Shown here piece by piece: positions 55,506 to 64,000 of a DNA stretch of 64,000 nt (the first letter of the stretch is position 1; each line of letters opens with the position of its first letter). A model generated the notes under the pieces. The model ran no database searches. It was given only the letters and a program-made list of their open reading frames with translations, and was not told the DNA's origin. The stretch comes from a virus, in IMG/VR virus record IMGVR_UViG_3300007522_000367, positions 23,059 to 87,058 of that record; one strand, 5' to 3'. The translations under genes and the position numbers were made by a program.

Positions 55506-57080
55506 TTAATCTTGTCGGCCTGTTCTAGACAGAGTACTAGTAACTGTTGCTGCTCCGGCTCTTGCTTGCCTTAAAATAGCATCATCATAAGGCGGTGTAG
55601 TAACTGCTCCTGCTCTTGCTTCTGCTTCTCCTGCTGCTCCTTCGGAACTTGCACCTGATGCATTTCTCGAAGGTGTGCTTGTAACAGTTGTATTACTTAT
55701 TGCTGCTCGTTCTGCTGACGTTGATCCCGATGCTGCAACTGTACCCGGAGCACATTTTTCATACGTATCTCCTAAAGGCACTGTAGCACCGTCTTTTACA
55801 GCAACCGGAGTTCCAGATGCACTTCCTGATCCGCTAGGTATTACCGATGGCGGAGACGGGGCCGCAGCAACTGCTGCCGCCGGCCCGTTCATATGTATAA
55901 CCGATGCAGTTTCGTAATGGCCTGCACTAGCAATATTACTAGTTCCTGCGCAAGTTAATCTACCGTCAGCGCCCACTAATAAATCCCAGTTTGCACCAGT
56001 TTGTGTTGCCATCTGATTTGCTGCAACTATATTAACATCTGCTCCAGCTTTTAAATTAATATTTTTTGCAGCAGTAAAATTTATATCATTATCTGATTTA
56101 AAACTAATATTGTTTTTTGAATAAACTTCTATTGCTCCGCCGGCTGTCATTTCAATCCAACTTTGACCACTTCCGTGTGCAATATACACTAAGTCTTCTG
56201 TATTGTGGAAAAGTATCTGATGTCCTGTACGTGTTCTAATTCTTACTAATTCGTTCATAGGCAGTGTTGGATCACCGCCTTGATCTAATGTTGCATATTC
56301 ACTAGGAGTTGTTGCAGCTGGGCCTTTTCTATACAAACTAGGATCGCCATCATCCATTACAAAAGTTGAACCAGTTAGTCTCGATGATGGAATTTCTGTT
56401 TGTGCATTTTCAGCACCTACTTTTACTTTAGGCTTTCCTGGTCTACGGTCTAGCGGGCCGGGTGTACTCATTCCAAATACCATACTAGGTACTTCTCGTC
56501 TAGCACTGGAACTAGTAGTGCCTCTAATTGGATCACTAAGTAAGCCGGCTTTAGTAAGTTGTGCTATTGCATCCGTGTTAACAGGTTTTAAAAACTGCGT
56601 AGGGTCGTTACCAACGCCTGGTTCATTTCTTTTGTTGTATTCTCCAACAGGAGAAATTGCAGTTTGATTTTCTTTGTTGTATTTTGTACTTGCATTTCCA
56701 GGTACCATAAAGTTCATAAACTTTTCTTGTACACAGCCGATCCAAAATCCTCGACTTTTATTTCCTTCTGCAAATATAACTAGTACTTGTGTCCCGACGT
56801 CCGGTGGCACTGCCCACATTCCGTAACTTTTTTGAGTATAATCAAATCCGTTGTTGTCGCTTGTTCCGTCGTAAGGTGTAATTCCGTAAAACGGACTTAG
56901 ATAACTTACTATTGCCATTTCGCCAGTAACGTCTGTGGTGTTTCCTTCAGTTGATGATTTTAACAATTCAACTTCTAGTGAACCCATGTACTCAGTGTCT
57001 AAGTGATTGCGCACCACAGCCAAAAAGGGACCAGGGCCTTCAAATATATTATCACCTGGGGTTCTTGCTTCTGTTGCCAT
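55506..57080 (-). CDS. baseplate central spike, gp5/VgrG-like (no lysozyme domain)
   Basis: OB-fold (PPDVGTQVLVIF..G..GFWIGC), RIRTRTGHQI..SWIEM, beta-helix-like repeats; low-complexity tail. Confidence 0.75.
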   Translation of the reverse strand: MATEARTPGDNIFEGPGPFLAVVRNHLDTEYMGSLEVELLKSSTEGNTTDVTGEMAIVSYLSPFYGITPYDGTSDNNGFDYTQKSYGMWAVPPDVGTQVLVIFAEGNKSRGFWIGCVQEKFMNFMVPGNASTKYNKENQTAISPVGEYNKRNEPGVGNDPTQFLKPVNTDAIAQLTKAGLLSDPIRGTTSSSARREVPSMVFGMSTPGPLDRRPGKPKVKVGAENAQTEIPSSRLTGSTFVMDDGDPSLYRKGPAATTPSEYATLDQGGDPTLPMNELVRIRTRTGHQILFHNTEDLVYIAHGSGQSWIEMTAGGAIEVYSKNNISFKSDNDINFTAAKNINLKAGADVNIVAANQMATQTGANWDLLVGADGRLTCAGTSNIASAGHYETASVIHMNGPAAAVAAAPSPPSVIPSGSGSASGTPVAVKDGATVPLGDTYEKCAPGTVAASGSTSAERAAISNTTVTSTPSRNASGASSEGAAGEAEARAGAVTTPPYDDAILRQARAGAATVTSTLSRTGRQD

Positions 57081-57090
57081 TGTTTATTCC

Positions 57091-59838
57091 TTAGAACGAT
57101 CCTGATTGTTGTTGTGCAGAAATATTAGCTGCTTGTTTTGCTCTCAACGCTCTTAACGGTGCATCATCATACGTACTTCCAGCAGCCGGATTTGGCTTAC
57201 TAGCTAGTCGTTGTGCAGCAGCTTCGCCGGCGGTGCCTTCTGATTGTGTACCAGCTCCTGAGTTAGATGCTCCGTTTACATTTCTTCTTGCAGCAGCTTC
57301 GCCTGCTGTGCCTTCTGAACTTGCACCAACAGCTGGGTTAGCCGGAGTAGTAGTTATTTGTCCTCCTGCATTATCTGTATTAACTAGCGTGCTAGTAGCT
57401 GGTGCAAGATTATCGTCATCCTGCCTTGGTCTACGTATAGTTTGTAAAGTTTGTGTAAATTGTCCGTTACTAAATTTATTAGCACAAAATATTACTTTAT
57501 ATAATCCACTAAATTCTCCTACAGGAGTAGTGCCGCCGCCTGGAAATTCCATATAACCATTTGGACCGTAGTCTAATGGAGTTCTAAAGTTAAGTGCAAT
57601 ATCAACTTCCCCATTTTCATAATTCATTGTGCCGTCGGCTGTAATGTTTAGTACTCCTGGAACTTGCAATGCATTATAGTTGCCCATACCGCTATCACAA
57701 ATATAATATGGATCGCCTAGTATTTCTAAATCAACCATAACTAAATCAACACTACCATTAACTAATGCATCATTAAACATTCTAGCAACTTGCGATTCAG
57801 GATGGGCACCATCTAACGTAGTCTTATTTTTTTGAGTAACTACTCTATCTAGAGTTTTGCCAAGATTTCCTGCTGACGCATTTCCTTTAGAAGTACTAGG
57901 TGTTGCTCTTTGACCACTCGAAGTAGTTTCATTTTTAATAGCAGTTTTACTATCTGCACCTGCTTGACCAAGGTCGCCGGCAATACTTGAAAAGAATGCA
58001 GTATTAAATCTAATATCAAAATTAATAATATCTTTATTTTTTCCTGTATAGATATAATTGTATTCTTTAGCTACTTGGGTTTTTAATTGAGGAATGCCAG
58101 GGCTTTTTGCACTAGCAGATTGAAATATACTTATATGTACAAGATACGGCACAACTCTATAAACAAATATTCTTGACGGGGTTCCAGTTTGTGAAACTAC
58201 TTCGGGACTAGAGTCACTATTATAAACTTGCGTTTGAATTCTAAACCAAGGAACCATTCCATATTTGTCTGGCGTCTTAGATGCAATTGCTCTGCCGTAA
58301 TCACTAGCAATAATAACTTCTTCAATTATAGTTTGTATTTTTTGCCCTGCTGCAAATGTACCAGTGCGTACATCGCCCGATATTTGTATTTTGCATCTAT
58401 CTACTTTGCCTTTGATTGTTTCACTTTCTGAATTAGTAGGTGTTGCAAGTGGTCGTTTGCTACTGTCAAAATTAGATTTAGTAATCTTAGCTTTGCCAAT
58501 GTCGTTCATGTTTTGTGTTTTTTCGGCATACTCGCGAATATTTTCTCCAATACTAGATCGTTTAATTGTTATTCCGGCAGCATTTTTTATTTCATTTCTA
58601 TAATCAACTGGAACTTTTCCATTTATGTCTCCTGTTTGCGATATATAAAATTTTCTTATTTCTTCGTCAGTAAATTCTCGAGTAGTTGCAGTATCGTCTG
58701 CTGTCTCTTCCGGTTGTCCCATCATAAACTGTTGCGATTCTTCATTTGAAGATGAAGTGTTTGGAAACATTATAATATATTGATCAGCTTTTTTTGTTTT
58801 GCCGGCTTTTTCGCCTGCAAGTTGTCTATCGTTTATAATACGGGTTAAACTATTAGCTCCTGTTTGTAACATTTCAGCAACAGATGCTCCTGTAAAGGTT
58901 GTGTCAGTATGTGTTGTTTGTGTTTCGTCAGTTAATGCAGTTTCTTGATAAGGAATTGCAGTTACGGAATATACACTGCCTGATTCTGTTACATCAAATT
59001 CAATGTTTACCAGTTTTAAAGGAAACATTCTGCGTAAGTTACTTGCATGAATAAATTGTCCAGCATCATTGTATCCTTTAAATTCTACAGTAAGAAGATA
59101 CGGAGCATCAATGTAAGTAGGATAACCTGCTCGTATTGCTGATACTTGTAATGCTTGTAAAAATAACCCCATACTGTAAGGTTCGGTTACTTTAAAACTA
59201 ATACTTGTTGCATTTGTAGACCGAGTACCGTCATTGCCGGCGACAATAGTTGCAATTTCAACATCATCAATAAAGTATTCAATTTTTCCTTTTGCTTCAT
59301 ACAACGTTGCACTGCCGGGTGTTGGGCCGCCGCCGCTTCTAAGTATTACAATACTGGGATCCCTACGACGGTATGTGACATCTGGAAATGATAGTTCTTG
59401 TGCTGTTAGGCATCCCAACGTAAAGACATAATTGAAGCTGGTAAATTGTTCTAGCGGATTAGGAAGTACACTGCCGCTCATTCCGTTTGGTGATCCAAAG
59501 CCGCCACCGAACGATGCTCCTAAAAATCCGCCTAGGCCGCCTTTAATTCTATCCATTATGCCGCCGCCTAACCCACTAGCAATGTTACCAACTAAACTTT
59601 GTCCTATTCCTGGGCCAGTTAACCCATTTAAACTATTTGCAAGATTAACTGTTGCACCTTTTAAGTCTTGTACAGATCCCGATACAGAATCTAAAACTCC
59701 GTCAACTGAAATATTACCGCTTTGCGCAAACTTTTTAGCCGATGAAATTAGTTGCGGGGTAGCTGCATCAATAGTATCAGAAAAACTTTTTCCTGCTGCT
59801 TTTAATCTCGACGCTACATTTTGCGGAACTACTGCCAT
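57091..59838 (-). CDS. baseplate hub protein (gp27/VgrG-N-like)
   Basis: Lies between gp53-like and gp5; ISFKVTEPYS, LEILGDPYYI, FSGLYKVI..F..GQFTQTL. Confidence 0.65.
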   Translation of the reverse strand: MAVVPQNVASRLKAAGKSFSDTIDAATPQLISSAKKFAQSGNISVDGVLDSVSGSVQDLKGATVNLANSLNGLTGPGIGQSLVGNIASGLGGGIMDRIKGGLGGFLGASFGGGFGSPNGMSGSVLPNPLEQFTSFNYVFTLGCLTAQELSFPDVTYRRRDPSIVILRSGGGPTPGSATLYEAKGKIEYFIDDVEIATIVAGNDGTRSTNATSISFKVTEPYSMGLFLQALQVSAIRAGYPTYIDAPYLLTVEFKGYNDAGQFIHASNLRRMFPLKLVNIEFDVTESGSVYSVTAIPYQETALTDETQTTHTDTTFTGASVAEMLQTGANSLTRIINDRQLAGEKAGKTKKADQYIIMFPNTSSSNEESQQFMMGQPEETADDTATTREFTDEEIRKFYISQTGDINGKVPVDYRNEIKNAAGITIKRSSIGENIREYAEKTQNMNDIGKAKITKSNFDSSKRPLATPTNSESETIKGKVDRCKIQISGDVRTGTFAAGQKIQTIIEEVIIASDYGRAIASKTPDKYGMVPWFRIQTQVYNSDSSPEVVSQTGTPSRIFVYRVVPYLVHISIFQSASAKSPGIPQLKTQVAKEYNYIYTGKNKDIINFDIRFNTAFFSSIAGDLGQAGADSKTAIKNETTSSGQRATPSTSKGNASAGNLGKTLDRVVTQKNKTTLDGAHPESQVARMFNDALVNGSVDLVMVDLEILGDPYYICDSGMGNYNALQVPGVLNITADGTMNYENGEVDIALNFRTPLDYGPNGYMEFPGGGTTPVGEFSGLYKVIFCANKFSNGQFTQTLQTIRRPRQDDDNLAPATSTLVNTDNAGGQITTTPANPAVGASSEGTAGEAAARRNVNGASNSGAGTQSEGTAGEAAAQRLASKPNPAAGSTYDDAPLRALRAKQAANISAQQQSGSF

Positions 59839-59839
59839 A

Positions 59840-60142
59840 TTATATTCCTAATACTTTTGATAATGCGGCGCCTTTGGGTACATAAATTTGTATTCCTGCT
59901 ATTAAATCAAATACAGGATCTTTAAGTATTTCCATATTGCGTTGGGCAAAAACCCACCATAAGTCTTTATCGCCATATAAGTCAAATGCTAACAGATCAG
60001 GGCGATGTGTATACTGAGGCTGTATTGTAACTAATACATCGTCTGATTCTGCAGGGATAGGTCGTATTTTTAAAATGTCAAGATACTGACCTTCTTGTGT
60101 AGGTGTGTTAAACCAAGGACTAGTTCCAATATAATTTGCCAT
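59840..60142 (-). CDS. baseplate wedge gp53-like (LysM-like)
   Basis: YTHRPDLLAFDLYGDKDLWWVFAQRN..DP...G..IYVP. Confidence 0.78.
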   Translation of the reverse strand: MANYIGTSPWFNTPTQEGQYLDILKIRPIPAESDDVLVTIQPQYTHRPDLLAFDLYGDKDLWWVFAQRNMEILKDPVFDLIAGIQIYVPKGAALSKVLGI

Positions 60143-61026
60143 TAGATAAATCCTTGTCCGTTGCCTTTGGCATATCCGCCACTGACAAACTTGTCTAGGC
60201 TAAATTGTTGTACAGCTCGTCTGCTGTATGTCGGCATCAATACTACTGCTACGTTGCATCTAGTTGGTGCCCAGGTATCTAGTGAGGGTATGTAGATATA
60301 ATCTACATCTGGCGGCAGTTCGCAAGTAAATTGTTGAACTACAACTGGAACATTTTTAAAAACATAATCGCCGTAGCCGTTAAGTTGTACTACTGGTGGC
60401 GGACTACCTTGATTGCTTGAATTACCGTAGGACATTTTCGTAACACTTCTCAAGTAGTGTACCATTGCTACCCAATATACTCCTTCTGATTCATTTTCAA
60501 TAATAAAATCTCCACTGATCTGAATGTTATCAGGTTGACTACTTTGATAAACAGGAAAAGGATAGTTACTGTGTGTAGGTTTAACTTGGCTGTAAGTAGC
60601 ACTATGCGACATAATAATACTAGGCGTATACGGAAAAATCATTCCGTTTGTTTCTGCTAATGCTGCCGAAAGTGTTGGTTCTAAACCCATACCTGGTGGT
60701 AAAGAAAGTCGGACACGCCAGTCATCGTTATCAGCTCCTTGCCAGCTAACTTCTGAAAATCCAACAGCTCCTGGCATACCAAACTTAGGAAGGCCGCCGC
60801 CACGCAATAAACTCATAAAGTTTTTAGCACTAAATATATCCTCAGCAATGCCTTTTACTGCGTTACCAGCTTGTCCAATTAATCCTTGACCAAAACTAGC
60901 AGCACTACCTAATAGGTTGTTTACTGCTGCTGATGCTTGTGGAGACACTGAATTGCGAGCCTGCGATGCTGCTGACGAAAGTGCTGCTGATGCCTGTTGT
61001 TTTAGGCCGCCGAAATTAATTGCCAT
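60142..61026 (-). CDS. baseplate/tail tube initiator protein (gp48/gp54-like)
   Basis: GMIFPYTPSI...HSNY...LRSVTKM.YG..GSPPPVVQLNGYG.YVFKNVPVVV. Confidence 0.62.
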   Translation of the reverse strand: MAINFGGLKQQASAALSSAASQARNSVSPQASAAVNNLLGSAASFGQGLIGQAGNAVKGIAEDIFSAKNFMSLLRGGGLPKFGMPGAVGFSEVSWQGADNDDWRVRLSLPPGMGLEPTLSAALAETNGMIFPYTPSIIMSHSATYSQVKPTHSNYPFPVYQSSQPDNIQISGDFIIENESEGVYWVAMVHYLRSVTKMSYGNSSNQGSPPPVVQLNGYGDYVFKNVPVVVQQFTCELPPDVDYIYIPSLDTWAPTRCNVAVVLMPTYSRRAVQQFSLDKFVSGGYAKGNGQGFI

Positions 61027-61047
61027 TATTTGTTGTCTCCTATATGT

Positions 61048-61054
61048 TATTTAG
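61048..61054 (-). promoter_or_regulatory. late promoter CTAAATA heading the tail operon
   Basis: Directly upstream of AGGAG RBS and ATG 61026; back-to-back with the gp55 sigma70 promoter. Confidence 0.6.
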
Positions 61055-61083
61055 TTGACAAAATTAAGTATGTATATTATAAT
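61055..61083 (+). promoter_or_regulatory. consensus sigma70 promoter for gp55
   Basis: TTGACA (61055-61060), 17-nt spacer, TATAAT (61078-61083). Confidence 0.8.
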
Positions 61084-61106
61084 GTATTATAACTATTGGA
61101 GAGTTC

Positions 61107-61934
61107 ATGAGAAAAGTTAACTATTTAAATAACAAAGATATACTTAAAGAAATACACAAATCAAAGAGTACATTTTGTAGCTTTGTATCAAATACTGATC
61201 ATCAGTTTGATCTTATTTTGCCTAATATTGACAAAATCAATATTAGAACTATTGCAGAAGCTAAAAGAGTACAAGCTAAACGCTTACAACACGAAGCATT
61301 TGAAGCTCGTAAACTAGCAGGAGAAAAAATTAAACTTGCTGAGTGCGAAATTGATTACAGAAAAATTAAAAAAACTTCATTAGTATTTCGCATTATGACA
61401 TTTGAGCATGTTCCAGACGAGCCGGGGCGCAAGAAGACACCAAAGACAGTTGCCGATCACAAAGTAAAACTTAACTTTCCACCTTTCCAACATTTTAAGT
61501 TTGATGAAGAAGATAATCTAAAGTGTGTGGGCAAAAGTCATTGGTCAAGCGGAATGGAAAACGGACATTTTAATCTAGGCGGCGGTATGGCTACAAATAA
61601 ACTTGCTCTTATGTGGATGAAACTATGTGATCGATATGCTACTCGTGGTAATGTACGTGGATACACTTATAACGATGAAATGCGCGGGCAAGCTATCCTA
61701 CAGTTAGCACAAATCGGGTTGCAGTTTGACGAATCAAAGTCAGATAATCCGTTTGCATACTATACAGCCGCAGTTACTAACAGTTTTGTGCGTGTTATTA
61801 ACATTGAAAAGCGTAATCAAAACATTCGTGATGATATTTTAGAAATGAACAACATGAATCCTAGCTTTACACGACAAAATCAAGGCGAGTGGGAAGCACA
61901 ACAACGTAGAGAAAAAGAACTAGGTAACAAATAA
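61107..61934 (+). CDS. gp55: late-transcription sigma factor, T4 gp55-like
   Basis: NYLNNKD...RGYTYNDEM..AI.Q....FDESKSDNPFAYYT....NSF.R.I..EK; upstream of gp47/gp46. Confidence 0.85.
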   Translation: MRKVNYLNNKDILKEIHKSKSTFCSFVSNTDHQFDLILPNIDKINIRTIAEAKRVQAKRLQHEAFEARKLAGEKIKLAECEIDYRKIKKTSLVFRIMTFEHVPDEPGRKKTPKTVADHKVKLNFPPFQHFKFDEEDNLKCVGKSHWSSGMENGHFNLGGGMATNKLALMWMKLCDRYATRGNVRGYTYNDEMRGQAILQLAQIGLQFDESKSDNPFAYYTAAVTNSFVRVINIEKRNQNIRDDILEMNNMNPSFTRQNQGEWEAQQRREKELGNK

Positions 61935-61938
61935 TCTC

Positions 61939-61967
61939 TTGACACTATTAACATTAACCTGTATACT
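61939..61967 (+). promoter_or_regulatory. sigma70 promoter for gp47/gp46
   Basis: TTGACA (61939-61944), 17-nt spacer, TATACT (61962-61967). Confidence 0.75.
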
Positions 61968-62000
61968 ATAAAGATATACAAATTTATGGAGCAATAACTT

Positions 62001-63011
62001 TTGTTTAAAAAAGCAGCAGTCTTTACAGACATACACTTTGGATTAAAGGGTAATTCAAAGATTCACAATCAAGATTGTGAAGATTTTGTTGATTGGTTCA
62101 TCAAAACTGCAAAAGCCAACGGTTGTGAAACTGGTATCTTTTGCGGCGACTGGCATCACAATCGAAATTCATTAAATCTTACTACTATGGATGCAACTAT
62201 CCGTAGTATGGAGAAGCTAGGTGCTGCTTTTGAGCAGTTTTTCTTCTTTGATGGTAATCATGACCTGTATTACAAAGACAAGCGCACTGTTAATTCAACT
62301 GCGTTTGCTAAACACATTCCAGGTATTACATTTGTTGACGAAATTACCACCATAGACGATGTAACTATTGTTCCTTGGCTAGTAGGCGACGAGTGGAAAA
62401 AGCTAAAACATCTAAAAAGCAAGTATATATTTGGTCACTTTGAACTTCCTACGTTTTTTATGAACGCAATGGTACAAATGCCCGATCATGGTGAGCTACG
62501 TGCAGAAGATTTTGTTAATCAAAAGTATGTTTTTAGCGGACACTTCCACAAACGTCAACAACAAGGTGCAGTGCATTACATTGGTAATGCATTTCCGCAC
62601 AACTATGCTGATACATGGGACGATGACCGTGGTATGATGGTACTCGATCGTGAAAACGATAAGGAACCACAGTACATTAACTGGCCAGAGTGTCCAAAGT
62701 ATCGTACAGTTAAACTTAGCAAACTTATTGACGAGCAAACTACGTTTATTAAGCCCAATATGTACTTGCGTGTCAACTTGGACTTGCCTATCAGCTATGA
62801 AGAAGCAAGTTTCATTAAGGAAACATTCATTACTCAATACAACTGTCGTGAAATTAGTTTGATTCCACAAAAGTCACTAGAAGATATTAGTACTCAATTA
62901 GACATTGCACAGTTTGAAAGTGTAGATCAAATTGTTGCTGGCGAAATCGCTGCAATTGACTCAGATAACTTCAACAAAAAAACACTTATGGACATTTATA
63001 GCGAATTATGA
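62001..63011 (+). CDS. gp47: recombination endonuclease subunit (Mre11/SbcD-like)
   Basis: DIHFG, GDWHH, GNHD, GHFE, SGHFH metallophosphoesterase motifs. Confidence 0.9.
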   Translation: MFKKAAVFTDIHFGLKGNSKIHNQDCEDFVDWFIKTAKANGCETGIFCGDWHHNRNSLNLTTMDATIRSMEKLGAAFEQFFFFDGNHDLYYKDKRTVNSTAFAKHIPGITFVDEITTIDDVTIVPWLVGDEWKKLKHLKSKYIFGHFELPTFFMNAMVQMPDHGELRAEDFVNQKYVFSGHFHKRQQQGAVHYIGNAFPHNYADTWDDDRGMMVLDRENDKEPQYINWPECPKYRTVKLSKLIDEQTTFIKPNMYLRVNLDLPISYEEASFIKETFITQYNCREISLIPQKSLEDISTQLDIAQFESVDQIVAGEIAAIDSDNFNKKTLMDIYSEL

Positions 63012-64000
63012 TAAAAATTAAGGATTTGACTGTGAAGAATTTTATGAGCGTGGGCAATCAGACCCAAGCTGTAAACTTTAATCGCGAGCAATTAACACTT
63101 GTGCTAGGTGAAAACTTAGATCAAGGCGGAGATGATAGTGGAAATCGTAATGGTACAGGTAAAACCACCATTATCAATGCATTATCATATGCATTATACG
63201 GACAAGCACTCACTAATATTAAACGTAACAATCTAATCAACAAGACAAACTCAAAGGGCATGTTAGTTACACTGCATTTTGAAAAGAACGGTGTTGATTA
63301 TCGTGTCGAGCGTGGTAGATCACCTAATGTACTCAAGTTCTTTGTCGACGAGCAAGAACAAGAGATGACAGATGAGTCACAAGGCGACAGTCGAAAGACT
63401 CAAGAGTATATTAACGACTTGTTAGATATGTCGCATGACATGTTTAAGCACATTGTTGCACTTAACACCTACACTGAGCCTTTCTTAAGCATGCGTGTTA
63501 ATGATCAACGTGCTATCATTGAGCAGTTGCTGGGTATTACTATCCTTAGTGAAAAGGCCGAAGCTCTTAAAGAACAAACTCGTCAAACTAAAGATGCTAT
63601 TACAAACGAAACACTAAAAATTAATGCTATTCAAGGTGCAAACGAAAAAATACAAACTACTATTGATAGCTTAGGTCGTACTCAACGTGCTTGGCTTGCT
63701 AAAAAGGAGCAAGACTGTGCTAAATTACAGCATGGTATTACAGAACTAGAGCACGTAGACATCGATGCTGAACTAGAAGCACATGAAAAATTGTCTAACT
63801 GGACGCAACATAACACTGCTATTTTGGCTCTTAATAAGGAGAAAAGCACATTAGAGACAGCACAGCTACGTGCTAAAGCTAGTGTTGAAAAGGTTGAAAA
63901 AGACATCTTAAATCTTGAAGATGCTACCTGTTACACTTGTAATCAGCTGCTGCATGCAGACAAGAAACAAGAAATTCTTGACAAAAAGATGAAAGAGTTA
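63008..64000 (+). CDS. gp46: recombination ATPase subunit (Rad50/SbcC-like), 3' truncated
   Basis: Not in the track. ATG 63008 MIKIKDLTVKNFMSVGN; Walker A NGTGKTT; coiled coil; zinc-hook CYTC near 63930; open to the window end. Confidence 0.9.
   Translation, partial: MIKIKDLTVKNFMSVGNQTQAVNFNREQLTLVLGENLDQGGDDSGNRNGTGKTTIINALSYALYGQALTNIKRNNLINKTNSKGMLVTLHFEKNGVDYRVERGRSPNVLKFFVDEQEQEMTDESQGDSRKTQEYINDLLDMSHDMFKHIVALNTYTEPFLSMRVNDQRAIIEQLLGITILSEKAEALKEQTRQTKDAITNETLKINAIQGANEKIQTTIDSLGRTQRAWLAKKEQDCAKLQHGITELEHVDIDAELEAHEKLSNWTQHNTAILALNKEKSTLETAQLRAKASVEKVEKDILNLEDATCYTCNQLLHADKKQEILDKKMKEL

Noticed and set aside
55506-57080. T4 gp5 tail lysozyme activity
   Set aside because: No lysozyme domain is recognisable between the OB-fold and the beta-helix region
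51468-61026. Extracellular contractile injection system or T6SS
   Set aside because: The adjacent gp55/gp47/gp46 genes and T4-type late promoters indicate a lytic T4-like phage
1-64000. Alternative genetic code (TAG or TGA recoding, seen in some jumbo phages)
   Set aside because: Genes are full-length and tightly packed in the standard code, and all three stop codons end genes
1-64000. tRNA, CRISPR array, IS element, intron or intein
   Set aside because: No cloverleaf, spaced direct repeats, transposase or splicing motifs were seen by eye; intergenic space is minimal

Overview
This 64 kb AT-rich window comes from a large T4-like (jumbo-type) tailed phage and reads normally in the standard genetic code. 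The right end (61.1-64 kb, + strand) holds the gp55 late sigma factor and the gp47/gp46 (Mre11/Rad50-like) nuclease. From 29.5 to 61 kb (- strand) is a contractile-tail baseplate and fibre module: gp48/54-like, LysM gp53-like, hub, gp5-like spike, gp25, gp6, a 4944-aa giant baseplate protein and three paralogous tail fibres. Directly downstream of the fibre genes (about 0-29.5 kb, probably continuing past the left edge) is a dense cluster of about 30 tailoring enzymes: 8 radical SAM proteins (4 with an N-terminal Twitch/SPASM-like domain, 1 B12-type), about 10 2OG-Fe(II)-type oxygenases, 4 glycosyltransferase-like proteins, 2 membrane desaturases, a sulfotransferase, PanD, an ATP-grasp ligase, GNAT(s), a PP-loop enzyme, a methyltransferase and a nitroreductase fusion. 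The cluster is interspersed with the same (N)TAAATA late-promoter motif found in the structural operon. My best inference is a phage-encoded pathway that decorates the virion (glycan or protein hypermodification). I also found three apparent internal-deletion gene scars in the cluster, near-perfect sigma70 promoters (two predicting leaderless mRNAs), and a peptide motif shared by the C-terminal tails of the spike and hub proteins. All family assignments come from motif recognition by eye, not database searches. No tRNA, rRNA, CRISPR array or IS element was seen.
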